The notes below the pieces were generated by a model. It was given only the letters and a program-made list of their open reading frames with translations, made no database searches and was not told the origin of the DNA. Shown piece after piece: positions 39,624-51,924 of a DNA stretch of 64,000 nt (positions within the stretch are counted from its first letter, which is position 1; each line of letters starts with the position of its first letter). A program made the translations under genes and the position numbers. The DNA is from Octopus sinensis (Eukaryota): contig NC_043024.1 of the NCBI RefSeq assembly GCF_006345805.1, forward strand, positions 19,158,001 to 19,222,000. The letters are read 5' to 3'.

Positions 39624-39815
39624 GGCAATGAAAAAGCTTTTGTTGACCCTTCTATTGGCTTTAAAAAGCAGCCAGAAAATTATTGGGATGAAGTTCCCTC
39701 CATCTTAAATGCCTTTATGGCAAAACAGCTTCTTCAACAAAATTCTTTCTTCAATAAAAAAAATAAACCCAGGCTTGCTTTCCTGGTGCTAACCGATCTT
39801 CTCAAAACACTGTGA
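39624..39815 (+). CDS. Candidate terminal exon, phase 0 (GNEKAFVDPSIGFKKQPENYWDEVPSILNAFMAKQLLQQNSFFNKKNKPRLAFLVLTDLLKTL*)
   Basis: ctactttag acceptor with CTAAAC/CTGAT branch-like motifs, 63 open codons, phase-compatible with 38547-38615. Confidence 0.4.
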   Translation, partial: GNEKAFVDPSIGFKKQPENYWDEVPSILNAFMAKQLLQQNSFFNKKNKPRLAFLVLTDLLKTL

Positions 39816-40185
39816 ACTGGCGAAAACTGGTTATAAGAGAGATAGAAAGTAATCTAAACAAACCACAATTACTATCGTTAAATTACTGTGTAGCTGTAAA
39901 TGTAATTGAGTTGAGAGAAACGACTGATGAATATATTCAATTCCGGAATATCTTGAAACTGTAGTTTGCAGAAAACTTTTCTTTTGTTGCACCTACCATC
40001 GAGCAAAAGGTCGTCCTCAACAAGATTGCGTCAACATTTCAACAGCTCTAATGTCAAAAGTTATTGACAATTTCACTGAAGAGCACGTGGAATCATGTGG
40101 TGCTAATTACTGGAATATTATTCACTTTGGAATGCACAGCTGTTGCTGCTCTTAAAGAACACTTAGGAGAAATCTGCAATATATT

Positions 40186-40790
40186 GGCGCAGGAGTGGCT
40201 GTGTGGTAAGTAGCTTGCAAACCAACCACATGGTTCCGGGTTCAGTCCCACTGCGTGGCATCTTGGGCAGGTGTCTTCTGCTATAGCCTCGGGCCGACCA
40301 ATGCCTTGTGAGTGCATTTGGTAGACGGAAACTGAAAGAAGCCCATCGTATATATATATATATATATATAGGCGCAGGAGTGGCTGTGTGGTAAGTAGCT
40401 TTCTAACCAACCACATGGTTCCGGGTTCAGTCCCACTGCGTGGCACCTTGGGCAAGTGTCTTCTGCTATAGCCCCGGGCCGACCAAAGCCTTGTGAGTGG
40501 ATTTGGTAGACGGAAACTGAAAGAAGCCTGTCGTATATATGTATATATGTATATATATGTGTGTGTGTGTATATGTTTGTGTGTCTGTGTTTGTTCCCCC
40601 CCAACATCGCTTGACAACCAATGCTGGTGTGTTTACGTCCCCGTCACTTAGCGTTTCGGCAAAAGAGACCGATAGAATAAGTACTGGGCTTACAAAGAAT
40701 AAGTCCCGAGGTCGATTTACTCGACTAAAAGGCGGTGCTCCAGCATGGCCGCAGTCAAAATGACTGAAACGAGTAAAAGAGTAAAAGAGT
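40186..40790 (+). mobile_element. SINE family 1: head half (40186-40349) followed by a full copy (40370-40790)
   Basis: Second head starts directly after the internal (TA)n of the first. Confidence 0.9.
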
Positions 40791-40914
40791 ATACGTGGAA
40801 ATGGAATTATTAAACGAAAGCAATTGAGATGGAAAGCAACGCTTGAAGAAAACATCACCAATCTCTCCTATTGTATTGGTTGGTTAATCAGGATAATAAG
40901 ATGTAATATACACC

Positions 40915-41325
40915 TCACTCTTTTACTCTTTCACTCTTTTACTTATTTCAGTCATTTGACTGTGGCCATGCTGGAGCACCACCTTTAATCGAGCAACTCG
41001 ACCCCGGGACTTATTCTTTCGAAAGCCCGGTACTTATTCTATCAGTCTCTTTTGCCGAACCGCTAAGTAACGGGGACAGAAACACACCAGCATCGGTTGT
41101 CAAGCAATGCTAGGGGAAAAACACAGACACACAAACACACACACGCATATATATATACATGTATACGACGGGCTTCTTTTCAGTTTCCGTCTACCAAATC
41201 CACTCACAAGGCTTTGGTCGGCCCGAGGCTATAGTAGAAGACATTTGCCCAAGGTGCCACGCAGTGGGACTGAACCGGGAACCATGTGGTTGGTAAACAA
41301 GCTACTTACCACACAGCCACTCCTA
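40915..41325 (-). mobile_element. SINE family 1
   Basis: Full copy. Confidence 0.9.
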
Positions 41326-41912
41326 CATTTTATGCAAAAATTAACAAAACTCATCATCATTCTTTAACCTCTGATTTTCTGTGCTGGCATGGGTTGGACT
41401 GTTTGACCAGAATTGGCAAACTGGGGAGCTGCCCCAGATTCCAGTCTGTTTGTCCATGCTGGCATGGGTTGGATTGTCTGACGAGAGCTTTTTGTTATCA
41501 ATATTCCATCTATGGAGCTTTGTAAGATTGTTCGAAACCAGCTTCTTCCTCAGACGAGGAATTCAAATAATTCAAAGAAAAAAGCATCCATACACACATG
41601 ATGCTAGTCTCTTGTAGAGACTTTGAGAGAGTTGGTTATAGAATTCTTTACTGAATAACCTGCAAAGATGACTTGTTTTTCCCATTAAATCAACGTTGCT
41701 TGAACAGGTGCATGGTGTATCACACATTAGGTGTTGAAGTGATTGCAGAACAAGGTGAGAACACAGTGCACTACTTAGTCCTATAAGTAAAACCACAAAA
41801 TAAAAAGACACACACACACACACACACACACATATCTGTATGTATATATAATATATATATATGTGTGTGTATATATATATGTGTGTATATATATATGTGT
41901 GTGTATATATAT

Positions 41913-41988
<76 letters not shown>

Positions 41989-42619
41989 TATATATGTGTG
42001 TGTGTGTGTGTGATATATATATATTATATATATATATATATATATGTATGTATCAGATCATTAAGAATGAGATGTCTGATTTTGCACTGAAAGTTTATTT
42101 TTTGTTATCTCAACAAAAAGCAAAGCTTTTAATTCAAAGCATGCACCTAAATTATCAACACAATTTTACCATTTTATCAGTAGCTAATTATGCTGGCAGC
42201 AAAGAATTCTGGAGAGAAAGGTTGTTTTTGCATTTTCTTATTGCAAAAAGTTGTCTAATGCCTGGAAAATGTGATAGTCAGTTGGTGCAAGGTCTGGTGA
42301 ATATGGTGGATGGCTGAGTACTTCCAAGTTCAGTTCCTGTAACTTGAGTAAGTGTTCCTTGTGCAACATGTAGTCGAGCATTGTCTTGTAAGAGAATTAG
42401 TCTGTCTCAATTGATCAATATCGGTTGTTTAATTGCAAGTTCAATCATCATTTCATCCAATTGGTCGATGTATACATCTGCTGTCATTGATTTACCAGGT
42501 CTCATGAAACAGTAGTGGATGACACCAGCACTGGACCACCAAACAGACACCATTAGCTTTGAGGGTGATTCTTCTTTATTGGATTGTGTTTTGGCACTTT
42601 GTGTCTATCCAACCACTCC

Positions 42620-42996
42620 TTTACTCTTTTACTTGTTTCAGTCATTTGACTGCGGCCATGCTGGAGCACCACCTTTAGTCAAACAAATCGACCGCAGGAC
42701 TTATTCTTTGTAAGCTTAGTACTTATTCTATCGGTCTCTTTTGCCGAACCGCTAAGTGACGGGGACATAAACACACCAGCATCGGTTGTCAAGCAATGCT
42801 AGGGGAACAAACACACACACATACATATATATATATACATATATACGACGGGCTTCTTTCAGTTTCCGTCTACCAAATCCACTCACAAGGCTTTGGTCAG
42901 CCCGAGGCTATAGAAGAAGACACTTGCCCAAGATGCCACGCAATGGGACTGAACCCGGAACCATGTGATTGGTAACCACACAGCCACTCCTGCGCC
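42620..42996 (-). mobile_element. SINE family 1 nested in mariner
   Basis: Full copy. Confidence 0.9.
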
Positions 42997-43228
42997 ACTG
43001 TGCAGAATGTTTGCTATTGTTGGAAAGAATCCATTTTTCATCACACGTAACAATACAATGCAAAATTGGCCATGGCATCAAAGAGTAAGTTTCAAGATGG
43101 CGTGTCATTTGATGCTTGTTCAGTTCATGTGGTTCCCACTGATCCAATTTCTTTACCTTGTCGATTTGTTTATCGAAACATCAAACCTTGCTGCTAACTT
43201 ACACCTCTTTTGAGATGTAACTGCTTCC

Positions 43229-43811
43229 TATTTCTTTACTACCCACAAGGGGCTACACACAGAGAGGACGAACAAGGACAGACAAAGGGATTAAGTTGAT
43301 TACATCGACCCCAGTGCAAACTGGTACTTTATTTATCGACCCCGAAAGGATGAAAGGCAAAGTCGACCTCGGTGGAATTTGAACTCAGAACGTAACGGCA
43401 GAAGAAATACCTATTTCTTTACTACCGACAAGGGACTAAACACAGAGGGGACAAACAAGGACAGACAAACGGATTAAGTCGATTACATCGACCCCAGTGC
43501 ATAACTGGTACTTATGTAATTTTTCCCGAAAGGATGAAAGGCAAAGTCGACCTCGGCGGAATTTGAACTCAGACGAAATACCTGTTTTTATTACCCACAA
43601 GGGACTAAACACAGAGAGGACAAACAAGGACAGACAAATGGATTAAGTCGATTGCATCGACTCCATTGCGTAACTGGCACTTAATTTATCGACCCCGAAA
43701 GGATGAAAGGCAAAGTCGACCTCGGTGGAATTTGAACTCAGAACGTAATGGCAGACGAAATACCGCTAAGCATTTCGCCCGGCGTGCTAACGTTTCTGCC
43801 AGCTCGCCGCC
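43229..43811 (-). mobile_element. SINE family 2 trimer nested in mariner
   Basis: One head plus three core units; 19-bp TSD TTGAGATGTAACTGCTTCC (43210, 43812). Confidence 0.93.
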
Positions 43812-44246
43812 TTGAGATGTAACTGCTTCCACTATAGTTTCCAACTCATCACTATCCACCTTGGTCTCAGGTCTACCACAGGGCTGACTTTCAAGAATAA
43901 AATCACCAGACCAGAACTTCTCAAATCATCGAGATTCAGTGCCCTCATTTACCACATCTTCACCAAACACCTCATTCAAGTTTCAAACTGTCTGGGATGC
44001 ATTGGTTCCTTAACTCATATTCATAAACAATATGAATTTTTTTATATCTGTCCTTGGGTTCACAAAAATTGAGTTACAAGAGGAAACTCACAATATAATC
44101 TGACAACGTGAACTGTATTTCGAAAAGTGATGATCTAATTCTTCAATGTTGCAAAACAAAGAATTGTCAGGATAAAACATTAGGGTTAACGATTGTCAAA
44201 CTTGGTGCGTAAGAAATTCGAACATTAAATTCTTAATGACCTGATA

Positions 44247-44309
44247 TATATAAATATATATTTATACATTTATATATGTATGTGTGTATGTGTATGTGTG
44301 TATATATAC

Positions 44310-44343
<34 letters not shown>

Positions 44344-44362
44344 ATATATATGTGTGTGTGTG

Positions 44363-44404
<42 letters not shown>

Positions 44405-44460
44405 TGTGTGTGTGTGTGTATATATATGGTGTGTGTGTGTATATATATATATATAATATA

Positions 44461-44509
<49 letters not shown>

Positions 44510-44800
44510 TATATATATATATGTGTGTGTATATATATAGATATATATATATATGTGTGTGTATATATATATATAATATATATATGTGTGTGTGTTGTAT
44601 ATATATATATGTGTGTGTATATATATATATAAATATATGTGTGTGTGTATATATATGTGTATGTATATATATATATATGTGTGTGTATATATGTGTATAT
44701 ATATATATATATGTATATATATGTATGCATGTATTTATGTATGTATGTATTGCGGCACATACTTCTAGATATATAGACATATGTACAAAAAGATACATAT
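44247..44800. repeat. (TA/TG)n microsatellite
   Basis: Direct inspection. Confidence 0.95.
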
Positions 44801-45089
44801 ACATACCTACATGCACCACACAAACACACACATATATTTACATTACTGTGTATGTATTTCCATCCAAATCTCTTCATGTGGGTGTAAAGCAATTCCTTGC
44901 TTGCATTGCATTCCTTTCCTTTTAAATATTAAAAACATAAAAATATAATAATGCTATAATATATTTTTAGGGTATATATTATTAAACAACATCACAATAA
45001 ATTCTGGATTATATTAATATATATCAATATAAATTATATTGAAAGAAATTGTTATTATTGTTGTTATTATCATTATTATTATTATTATT

Positions 45090-45470
45090 ATTCTATGTTT
45101 GACTTTTGCTTTATGTTTGTACAAGTTGGCTCCAAGTCTCACCCAGAGACCTCAAGAGACAACAGGTTGGAAGTTCACGTTGTTGTTATGCCTAGTGCCA
45201 TATATTTGGGTATTTTTTGGTGTTGTACTAATGAATGTCTAATAAATAAATTTTTAAAAAAAATTGTTTTAAACCTTGAGATTACATAGAGAGTATTTTG
45301 CGTAGGATATGAGCAGTTCCCATGAGCACTATCTTTTGAATTTCTGCCATTTTGGGGTTTCCTGGTATCTGAGTTAGGTAGCAATCAGCCCCTTTCGCTA
45401 TCATTCCCAAGGCACCTATGACAACAGGTATTGTTTTAGTCTTCAGGTTCCAAAAACAATACCTGTTGTA
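45090..45470 (-). mobile_element. Dong/R4-type LINE 3' end
   Basis: KTKTIPVVIGALGMIAKG...IQKIVLMGTAHILRKILS-like C-terminus; sits in (TAA)n. Confidence 0.8.
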
Positions 45471-45479
45471 TTATTATTA

Positions 45480-45525
<46 letters not shown>

Positions 45526-45789
45526 CGTTATTGTTGATATAAAGACAGCAAGTTGGCAGAATCATTAGAATGCGTGGCAAAATTCTTAGTGGTATTTTGC
45601 TTGTAGCTATGTTCAGAGTTCAAATTCAGTTGTGGTTGACTACTTTTCATCATTTTAGGGTCGGTAAATTAAGTATCAGTGAAAAACTAGGGTTGATGTT
45701 ATCAATTAGTTCCCTCTCCCAAAATTTCAGATCTTGTGCCTATTGTAGAAAGGATTATTATTATTATTATTATTGTTGTTGTTATTATT

Positions 45790-46344
45790 ATTGAGTGAGA
45801 GAGCAGTGCATGCCATCAAAGTGACACTGGGGTAAAATATACGAAGCCCAGTATACCCATCATGACTACCCGTCTGATAAGGGTACACTAGGCACATGCA
45901 TCACAAGAATGTTTGTGACATGCTGATCTCATATCAAGATAAACAGTGCATGACCTTGCAGGTGGGGCCCAGTTAGAGTTTTCTTCTGGTCGAGTAACCC
46001 ATCCTGCTCAAAAGGTCCCTGAATAAGGGTTGTTTAAGGATATTGAAAGAACCACCCATGTTTCCAGAGCTGAATTATTCAAACCCCAAAGAATCCCTCT
46101 CAACACATGGCTATGATGCTCCCCCACTACTTCTGCTCGTGATCAGAGATGCACATATCATCAGCCACCAAGGGACATGCTCAACTGGTTATGATCAAGC
46201 AAGTGACAAGCAAGTCTGTGGTATTGAGCAGAATATTTGCTGTAGCCCATCTTTTATACCAAGACAAAACAATGTACATGATAACACTTCCAATCAGTTA
46301 AGCTCAGAAGCCATGAGAGCCACTGCCTAGTACTGCATCAGGGC

Positions 46345-46347
<3 letters not shown>
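45790..46347. mobile_element. Unclassified interspersed repeat between (TTA)n arrays
   Basis: Sharp boundaries at TTA tracts, no ORF; family not recognised. Confidence 0.4.
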
Positions 46348-46376
<29 letters not shown>

Positions 46377-46378
<2 letters not shown>

Positions 46379-48650
46379 TAGTTTTATTTTTATAGCGTGC
46401 TTTCACTTCACTACCGAGCACAGCTCTGTGTGCCTTGGGTATGTGCTGTGATTTGTTGTGATGCTCTGATGGTTATTGTATGGAAAGTGTTCTGCGTAGG
46501 ATGTGTGCAGTGCCCAGTAGTGTAATTTTCTGTATGTTATATGTGTTTGTAAGTCCTGGTGTTTTTGTTATGTATTTGTCTGAATATTTTTTTATCATGC
46601 CTAATGCACCTAGTATTAGTATTATTATGCTATTCTTGCTTACTCCATTTCTTACTCTAAAATAGTGGACTTTCATCTTTTTTGGACAATTATAAACAAT
46701 TTGTTTTGCCAGTATTGTGTAATCCGTTGTTCAAATCTAGTTAGCTTTGCTTTTTTTGCATGTATTCACTGCTTCAGTTCTTCAATTGCAACATTCAAGC
46801 CTTTTTTATCTGCACCATACTTCTTCCTAACTTTTTTGAATTTTCATTCATTATTAAGTTCTCCATTTCTTTTCCTGACAAATATTGACACTACGCCTTT
46901 CAAGGAGTTTATATCTTCAGAAATTCTCCTTTCCACCAACGTTGTTCATTTCCTCTTCTATCCATCGCTGTTTTATGATCAGTAGTTCTCAATTCCACCT
47001 TTTCTGCCACAATCCTACTAGCAGCCTTGATAAGATTATTTGTTTGTGAGTGGAGGCGCAATGGCCCAGTGGTTAGGGCAGCGGACTCGCGGTCATAGAA
47101 TCACGGTTTCGATTCCCAGACCGGGCATTGTGAGTGTTTATTGAGCGAAAACACCTAAAGCTCCACGATGCTCCGGCAGGGGATGGTGGTGATCCCTGCT
47201 GTACTCTTTCACCACAACTTTCTCTCACTCTTACTTCCTGTTTCTGTTGTACCTGTATTTCAAAGGGCCGGCCTTGTCACTCTCTGTGTCACGCTGAATA
47301 TCCCCGAGAACTACGTTAAGGGTACACGTGTCTGTGGAGTGCTCAGCCACTTACACGTTAATTTCACGAGCAGGCTGTTCCGTTGATTCGGATCAACCGG
47401 AACCCTCGTCGTCGTAACCGACGGAGTGCTTCCATTCATTTGTTTGTGATGTTCTTTGTTTCAATGTGTCTTAATACAAGACTGACTTTATCCGCCTCTG
47501 GATTTAGTCTCCATTGGTTACCATTCTTAAAGTCGCCCATAAATTCTGTCCTTTCTGTATTTAATAGATCCAAAATCCTGTCTATCATTATTCGAGCTTC
47601 CTTGCTTGAGTAGTCACTGATTTCAATTCTTTCACAATTCACTTCACTGACTGACAGGCGACAGTCGTTGAGAGAGTGCGTGGGCTAAGACTACGTACCT
47701 TCATTGGTCAGTTAAAGTTGAGACAGTGTCACGTGACAACTTGCTGCAGCTGACTGCTGGAGCCTAGCAGCAGGTATTTAAAGGGCAAAAGATTTGACAA
47801 GTCAGTCGGTCGCCCGCTGACACTTGTTGACGCTACATCGAATAGGCCAGGGAACAGAAGTAAGAAGAAAGAAGACATGCACCCAACACCAGAGCTGAAG
47901 ACACATCCGAAAGGAGGGGGGCCACCATGTCAAAACGGTAGAGGAATAGGGGCCGAAGCTGGATGAGGTTCCTCCTGATGATGTCTTGAGCTAACTGGAT
48001 CCTATAAAGGAGCTGTTGTGGTAGCAGACCACGAAACATGGTTGAAATTCCTTATGGAATTATATTCTTGCAAACATTTGTCCATCTTTTCCACTATAAT
48101 ACTTTCGTTTTTCGCATGCCCAGGATCACCTGATATCCTTCTTTTAATAGCTTCTAGCTCCAATTCTGTTAACCACCCATTATTTCGTATTGCTCTTGCA
48201 TGGTCACATAATCTCTGTTTCGTAATCCTTCCATTCACTGTGCATTTGTTTTCTGTACCCCCTGACAGGCATGCCATTTGCATCCACTCGGATGCTCCAG
48301 TATTGACGCTCTATAAGCATCATGTTTACTCCACTTACGTCTTGTAGCATGGCTAGCAGTTGCTGGATTATGACCAGGCCAACTCTGCTGTACAGTGCAG
48401 CACCTTCAACATTGGTTCCAGTCTCATTCACACCATTATCGTCATTTATTTTGCTTGGCATTTTCACTCACAAATGAGATGTGTTTTTGGGTTACTACCA
48501 ACTGGTGTTTTCCTTGAGACACCATCTCTATCAAGATGGCAGGGGCCTTGCTCCCCTGGCTTTGAACTCAGAGCGACCCTTCTCCTAGGCTGCTTGACAT
48601 GCAAGGCTAATGAGTACAACCTACCTGGAGCACTGGTTATTTGAAGGTGC
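46377..48650 (-). mobile_element. Internally deleted Dong/R4-type LINE (5' leader and N-terminus fused to the C-terminus, RT missing)
   Basis: [74 protein letters not shown], then ILGALGMIKK..IQKITLLGTAHILRRTLS*; AATAAA and (TAA)n tail. Confidence 0.8.
47051..47425 (+). mobile_element. SINE family 3-related, nested in the Dong/R4 element
   Basis: GTGGAGGCGCAATGGCCCAGTGGTTAG head. Confidence 0.82.
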
Positions 48651-48975
48651 CAGATATTTGCCTTTTCTCACTCTTCTCTTTGTTTGGTGAAGGAGTCAGG
48701 CTTGACCACCGGGATTTATGCCTTGCGCAGGCCATTGAGGCATTTCATAAGTGATGGGTGCTCAACTCCCTTCACCATCCCAGCATTGACAGAAAGAAAA
48801 AAGTTAAAGAAGGCGAAAGGAAGAGAGGGAAAAAATAAATAAAAGAAAGAGGAAAGGAAGATCAACTAGAGGGTGGGAGGAAGTCCATGCAGATCGAGAG
48901 GAGGGCAAGTGGGGGGACTGCTTAGGGGTGGTTGTAAATACGGAAGCGAGATAGATTTTGAACATAAGAGAAGAT

Positions 48976-49375
48976 GGCGCATGAGTGGCTGTGTGGTAAG
49001 TAGCTTGTTTACCAACCACATGGTTCCGGGTTCAGTCCCACTGCGTGGCATCTTGGGCAAGTGTCTTCTGCTATAGCCCCGGGCTGACCAATGCCTTGTG
49101 AGTGGATTTGGTAGATGGAAACTGAATGAAGCCTGTCGTATATATGTATATATATATATGTATATATGTGTGTTTGTGTGTCCGTGTGTGTCCCCCTAGC
49201 ATTGCTTGACAACCAATGCTGGTGTGTTTACATCCCCGTCACCTAGCGGTTCGGCAAAAGAGACCGGTAGAATAAGTACTGGGCTTACAAAGAATAAGTC
49301 CCAGGGTCGATTTGCTCGACTAAAGGCGGTGCTCCAGCATGGCCGCAGTCAAATGACTGAAACAAGTAAAAGAGT
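48976..49375 (+). mobile_element. SINE family 1
   Basis: Full copy. Confidence 0.9.
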
Positions 49376-49682
49376 ATGGTAGAAGAGGTGAGTAAGGCAT
49401 CACTGCTGAGAGAAAGCGCCTACTGCAGCGCTCCTTACTGTCAAGAAATAAATTAAAACTAGCAGCGACATGTCACATATTTTTTAGATAAATCTTTGTA
49501 TTATATTAAGATCATAGCAATAAATTTTTGTATTATATTAAGACACAGCAATAAAGAATTCTTTGCAGAGTTCTTGAAGCATGCATGACCAGTAAACAAG
49601 TGTTACCTTAGTCTGCTGGTTGTGGGTGGCTGACACTTTCCATCACACCCAGCAAAATAAGCTGTGGGTTTTCATCACATAA

Positions 49683-49713
<31 letters not shown>

Positions 49714-49740
49714 AATAATAATGATAATGATAATAATAAT

Positions 49741-50240
49741 TGTGTTAACTGGAACGGCTCATGTACTGAGAAGAGCATTATCATTGGGAAAACAACATCC
49801 ATCCATGAATTTATTTATTTATTAATATTTCAAATACATATTTTATCTGTGAATTTGCATGTGTAATGTGGGAATGCATACAATGAGCGTCTCTGCCCTA
49901 GGTGTACGGAAAACACTCGGCGAGAAACGGAAGAAAATTTGAAGAAAGAAGGAAAAAATAATAATAATGATAATACTAGATTGTCTTAACTGGTACATCA
50001 AACGTATTGAGAAGAGCATTGTCGATGTGAGAACTGTTGCTGCTCATGTATTTTAATATAACTTAAAAAAAAAAAAATTGAACGAACTAGTGAGTTTAGT
50101 TTAATGGCCTACCAATGTATACTATGAGTTTCTTTGCCCTAGGAGTCGGGAAGACACTCGGCAAGAAATGGAAGCAAATTTGAAAGAAGAAGAAAAAAAA
50201 AATAATAATAATAATAATAATAATTACAATAATTATGATA
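49741..50240 (+). mobile_element. Two tandem Dong/R4-type 3' ends, each with a (TAA)n tail
   Basis: VLTGTAHVLRRALS and VLTGTSNVLRRALSM*. Confidence 0.75.
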
Positions 50241-51136
50241 ATGATTTCAAATTTTTGCATAAGGCCAACAAGTTTGGGGGAGGAGTAAGTCAATTACATT
50301 AATTCCAGCACTCAGCTGGTACTTTATTTTATCGACCCTGAAAGGATGAAAGGCAAAGTTGACCTCAGCAGAATTTGAACCCACAATGTAAAGTTGGAAG
50401 AAATGCCACTAAGAATTTTTGCTGGAGCGGTAACAACTCTGTCATCTTGCCACCTTAACGCTATTAACAATAAAAATAACAACAATAACATTAGTAGTAA
50501 TAGCCACAGTAGGTCCAAACGAATACAGCAACAACAACAAGAACACCAACTCCATCAATGTCGGACACAGTATTGGTTGTAGTCCAGCCAACGTATTTCA
50601 ACAATTAACGGAAAATCTGACCTCAGTGAATGTTAGAATTTGGCAATATTCCACGACAGCTGGACATGAGGTTAACACCATGAGGGGAAAATCTGGAACC
50701 TTTAGAATTTAAATTTAGCATCAATCCAGAATGGCTGAACGTGGAACTAACACTTTTACGTATGAACAAAAGACTGGTGCAGCTCATGTGGATTGCAAAT
50801 AAACATTGCAGAGAGCATTTGTGCATGTGTATATATGTGTATATATGTGTATATAGGTGTGTGTGTGTGTGTGTGTGACTGTCATCATCTTTGTAATCTT
50901 TGTTTTTCTACATTCACTTTTCTATGATTACACGAATCCAATGTAATTCATTGCAGGCAGGGCTCTAATGCAGGATGCTCTTCCTCAGGTGTAAAAGCAA
51001 TTCCTTCCAGTAACAGTTGAACTCGAAGCAATCCAGTGAAGCTACACAAAGAAGATCATCTCAATGCAACATATTAGATTCTGGGAAAGGCTGTAAAAGT
51101 TAAGATATTACTAACACACAGACATATGTGTATATA

Positions 51137-51522
51137 TCTTTATATATAAAAGTGAAGTGGTGTGTCTGTCTCCTACGATTTAGATTCCTAACTACTCCCA
51201 CAGTTTGCGGTGCAGTTTAACCAAAACCAGGTATCTTATAGTCGTGATTCATATCGAGCCCTTCTGGGTATTAGTGCGTGTCTATGATGAGTCTACGATT
51301 TAAAAAAAAAATTACCATCATTTTTTCCCATTTTAATGCCTTTTTCGCTATTATATAAGGGAAGTAACTCTCTAAAAATGTCTACGATGAGTCAACAATT
51401 TAAAAAAAAATTTACCATCATTTTTTTCCCATTCTTAATGCATTTTTTGGCTATAACTCTCTAAAAATGCTTATATAGTTATTTCCCTTACAAACCCGAG
51501 CAACGCCGGGCGATACTGCTAG
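51137..51522 (+). mobile_element. Non-autonomous Helitron, copy 1
   Basis: 5' TC, 3' hairpin CCCGAGCAACGCCGGG plus CTAG; A before the element. Confidence 0.85.
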
Positions 51523-51924
51523 TCTTCTATATATAAAAGTGAGGTTGTGTGCTGTCCGTCTCCTACGATTTAGATTCCTAACTACTCCCACATTTTGCGG
51601 TGCAGTTTAACCAAATAATCTTATAGTATCTTATAGTCGTGATTCATATCGAGCCCTTCTGGGTATTAGCGTGCATCTACGATGAGTCTACGATTAAAAA
51701 AAAATTAACCATCAATTTTTCCCATTTTAATGCATTTTTGGCATATATAAGGGAAGTAACTTTCTAAAAATTTATTATTAAATCTCAGAACGTAAAAAGG
51801 TACAGTAACACCCCCCCCCTTTCTGGTTAGCCATATTGAGATGGCTATTATACTTTACATCTCTAAAAATGCTTATATAGTTATTTCCCTTACAAACCTG
51901 AGCAACGCCGGGCGATACTGCTAG
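51523..51924 (+). mobile_element. Non-autonomous Helitron, copy 2 (head-to-tail)
   Basis: CTAG|TC junction, ends CTAG|T. Confidence 0.85.

Larger units (their letters stand above)
42051..44246 (-). mobile_element. Full-length defective mariner with both TIRs and two nested SINE insertions
   Basis: TIRs TATCAGATCATTAAGAAT / TATCAGGTCATTAAGAAT; GTNASQT...[42 protein letters not shown]; about 1.2 kb without inserts. Confidence 0.93.

Noticed and set aside
39924-39975. CTGATGA...GAAACTGTAGTT hammerhead-like string
   Set aside because: Stem II base is mismatched and there is no stem I partner
50582-50990. Several small plus-strand exon candidates (e.g. INPEWLNVELTLL/RALMQDALPQ)
   Set aside because: Phases do not chain consistently and part of the sequence recurs near 44870-44900
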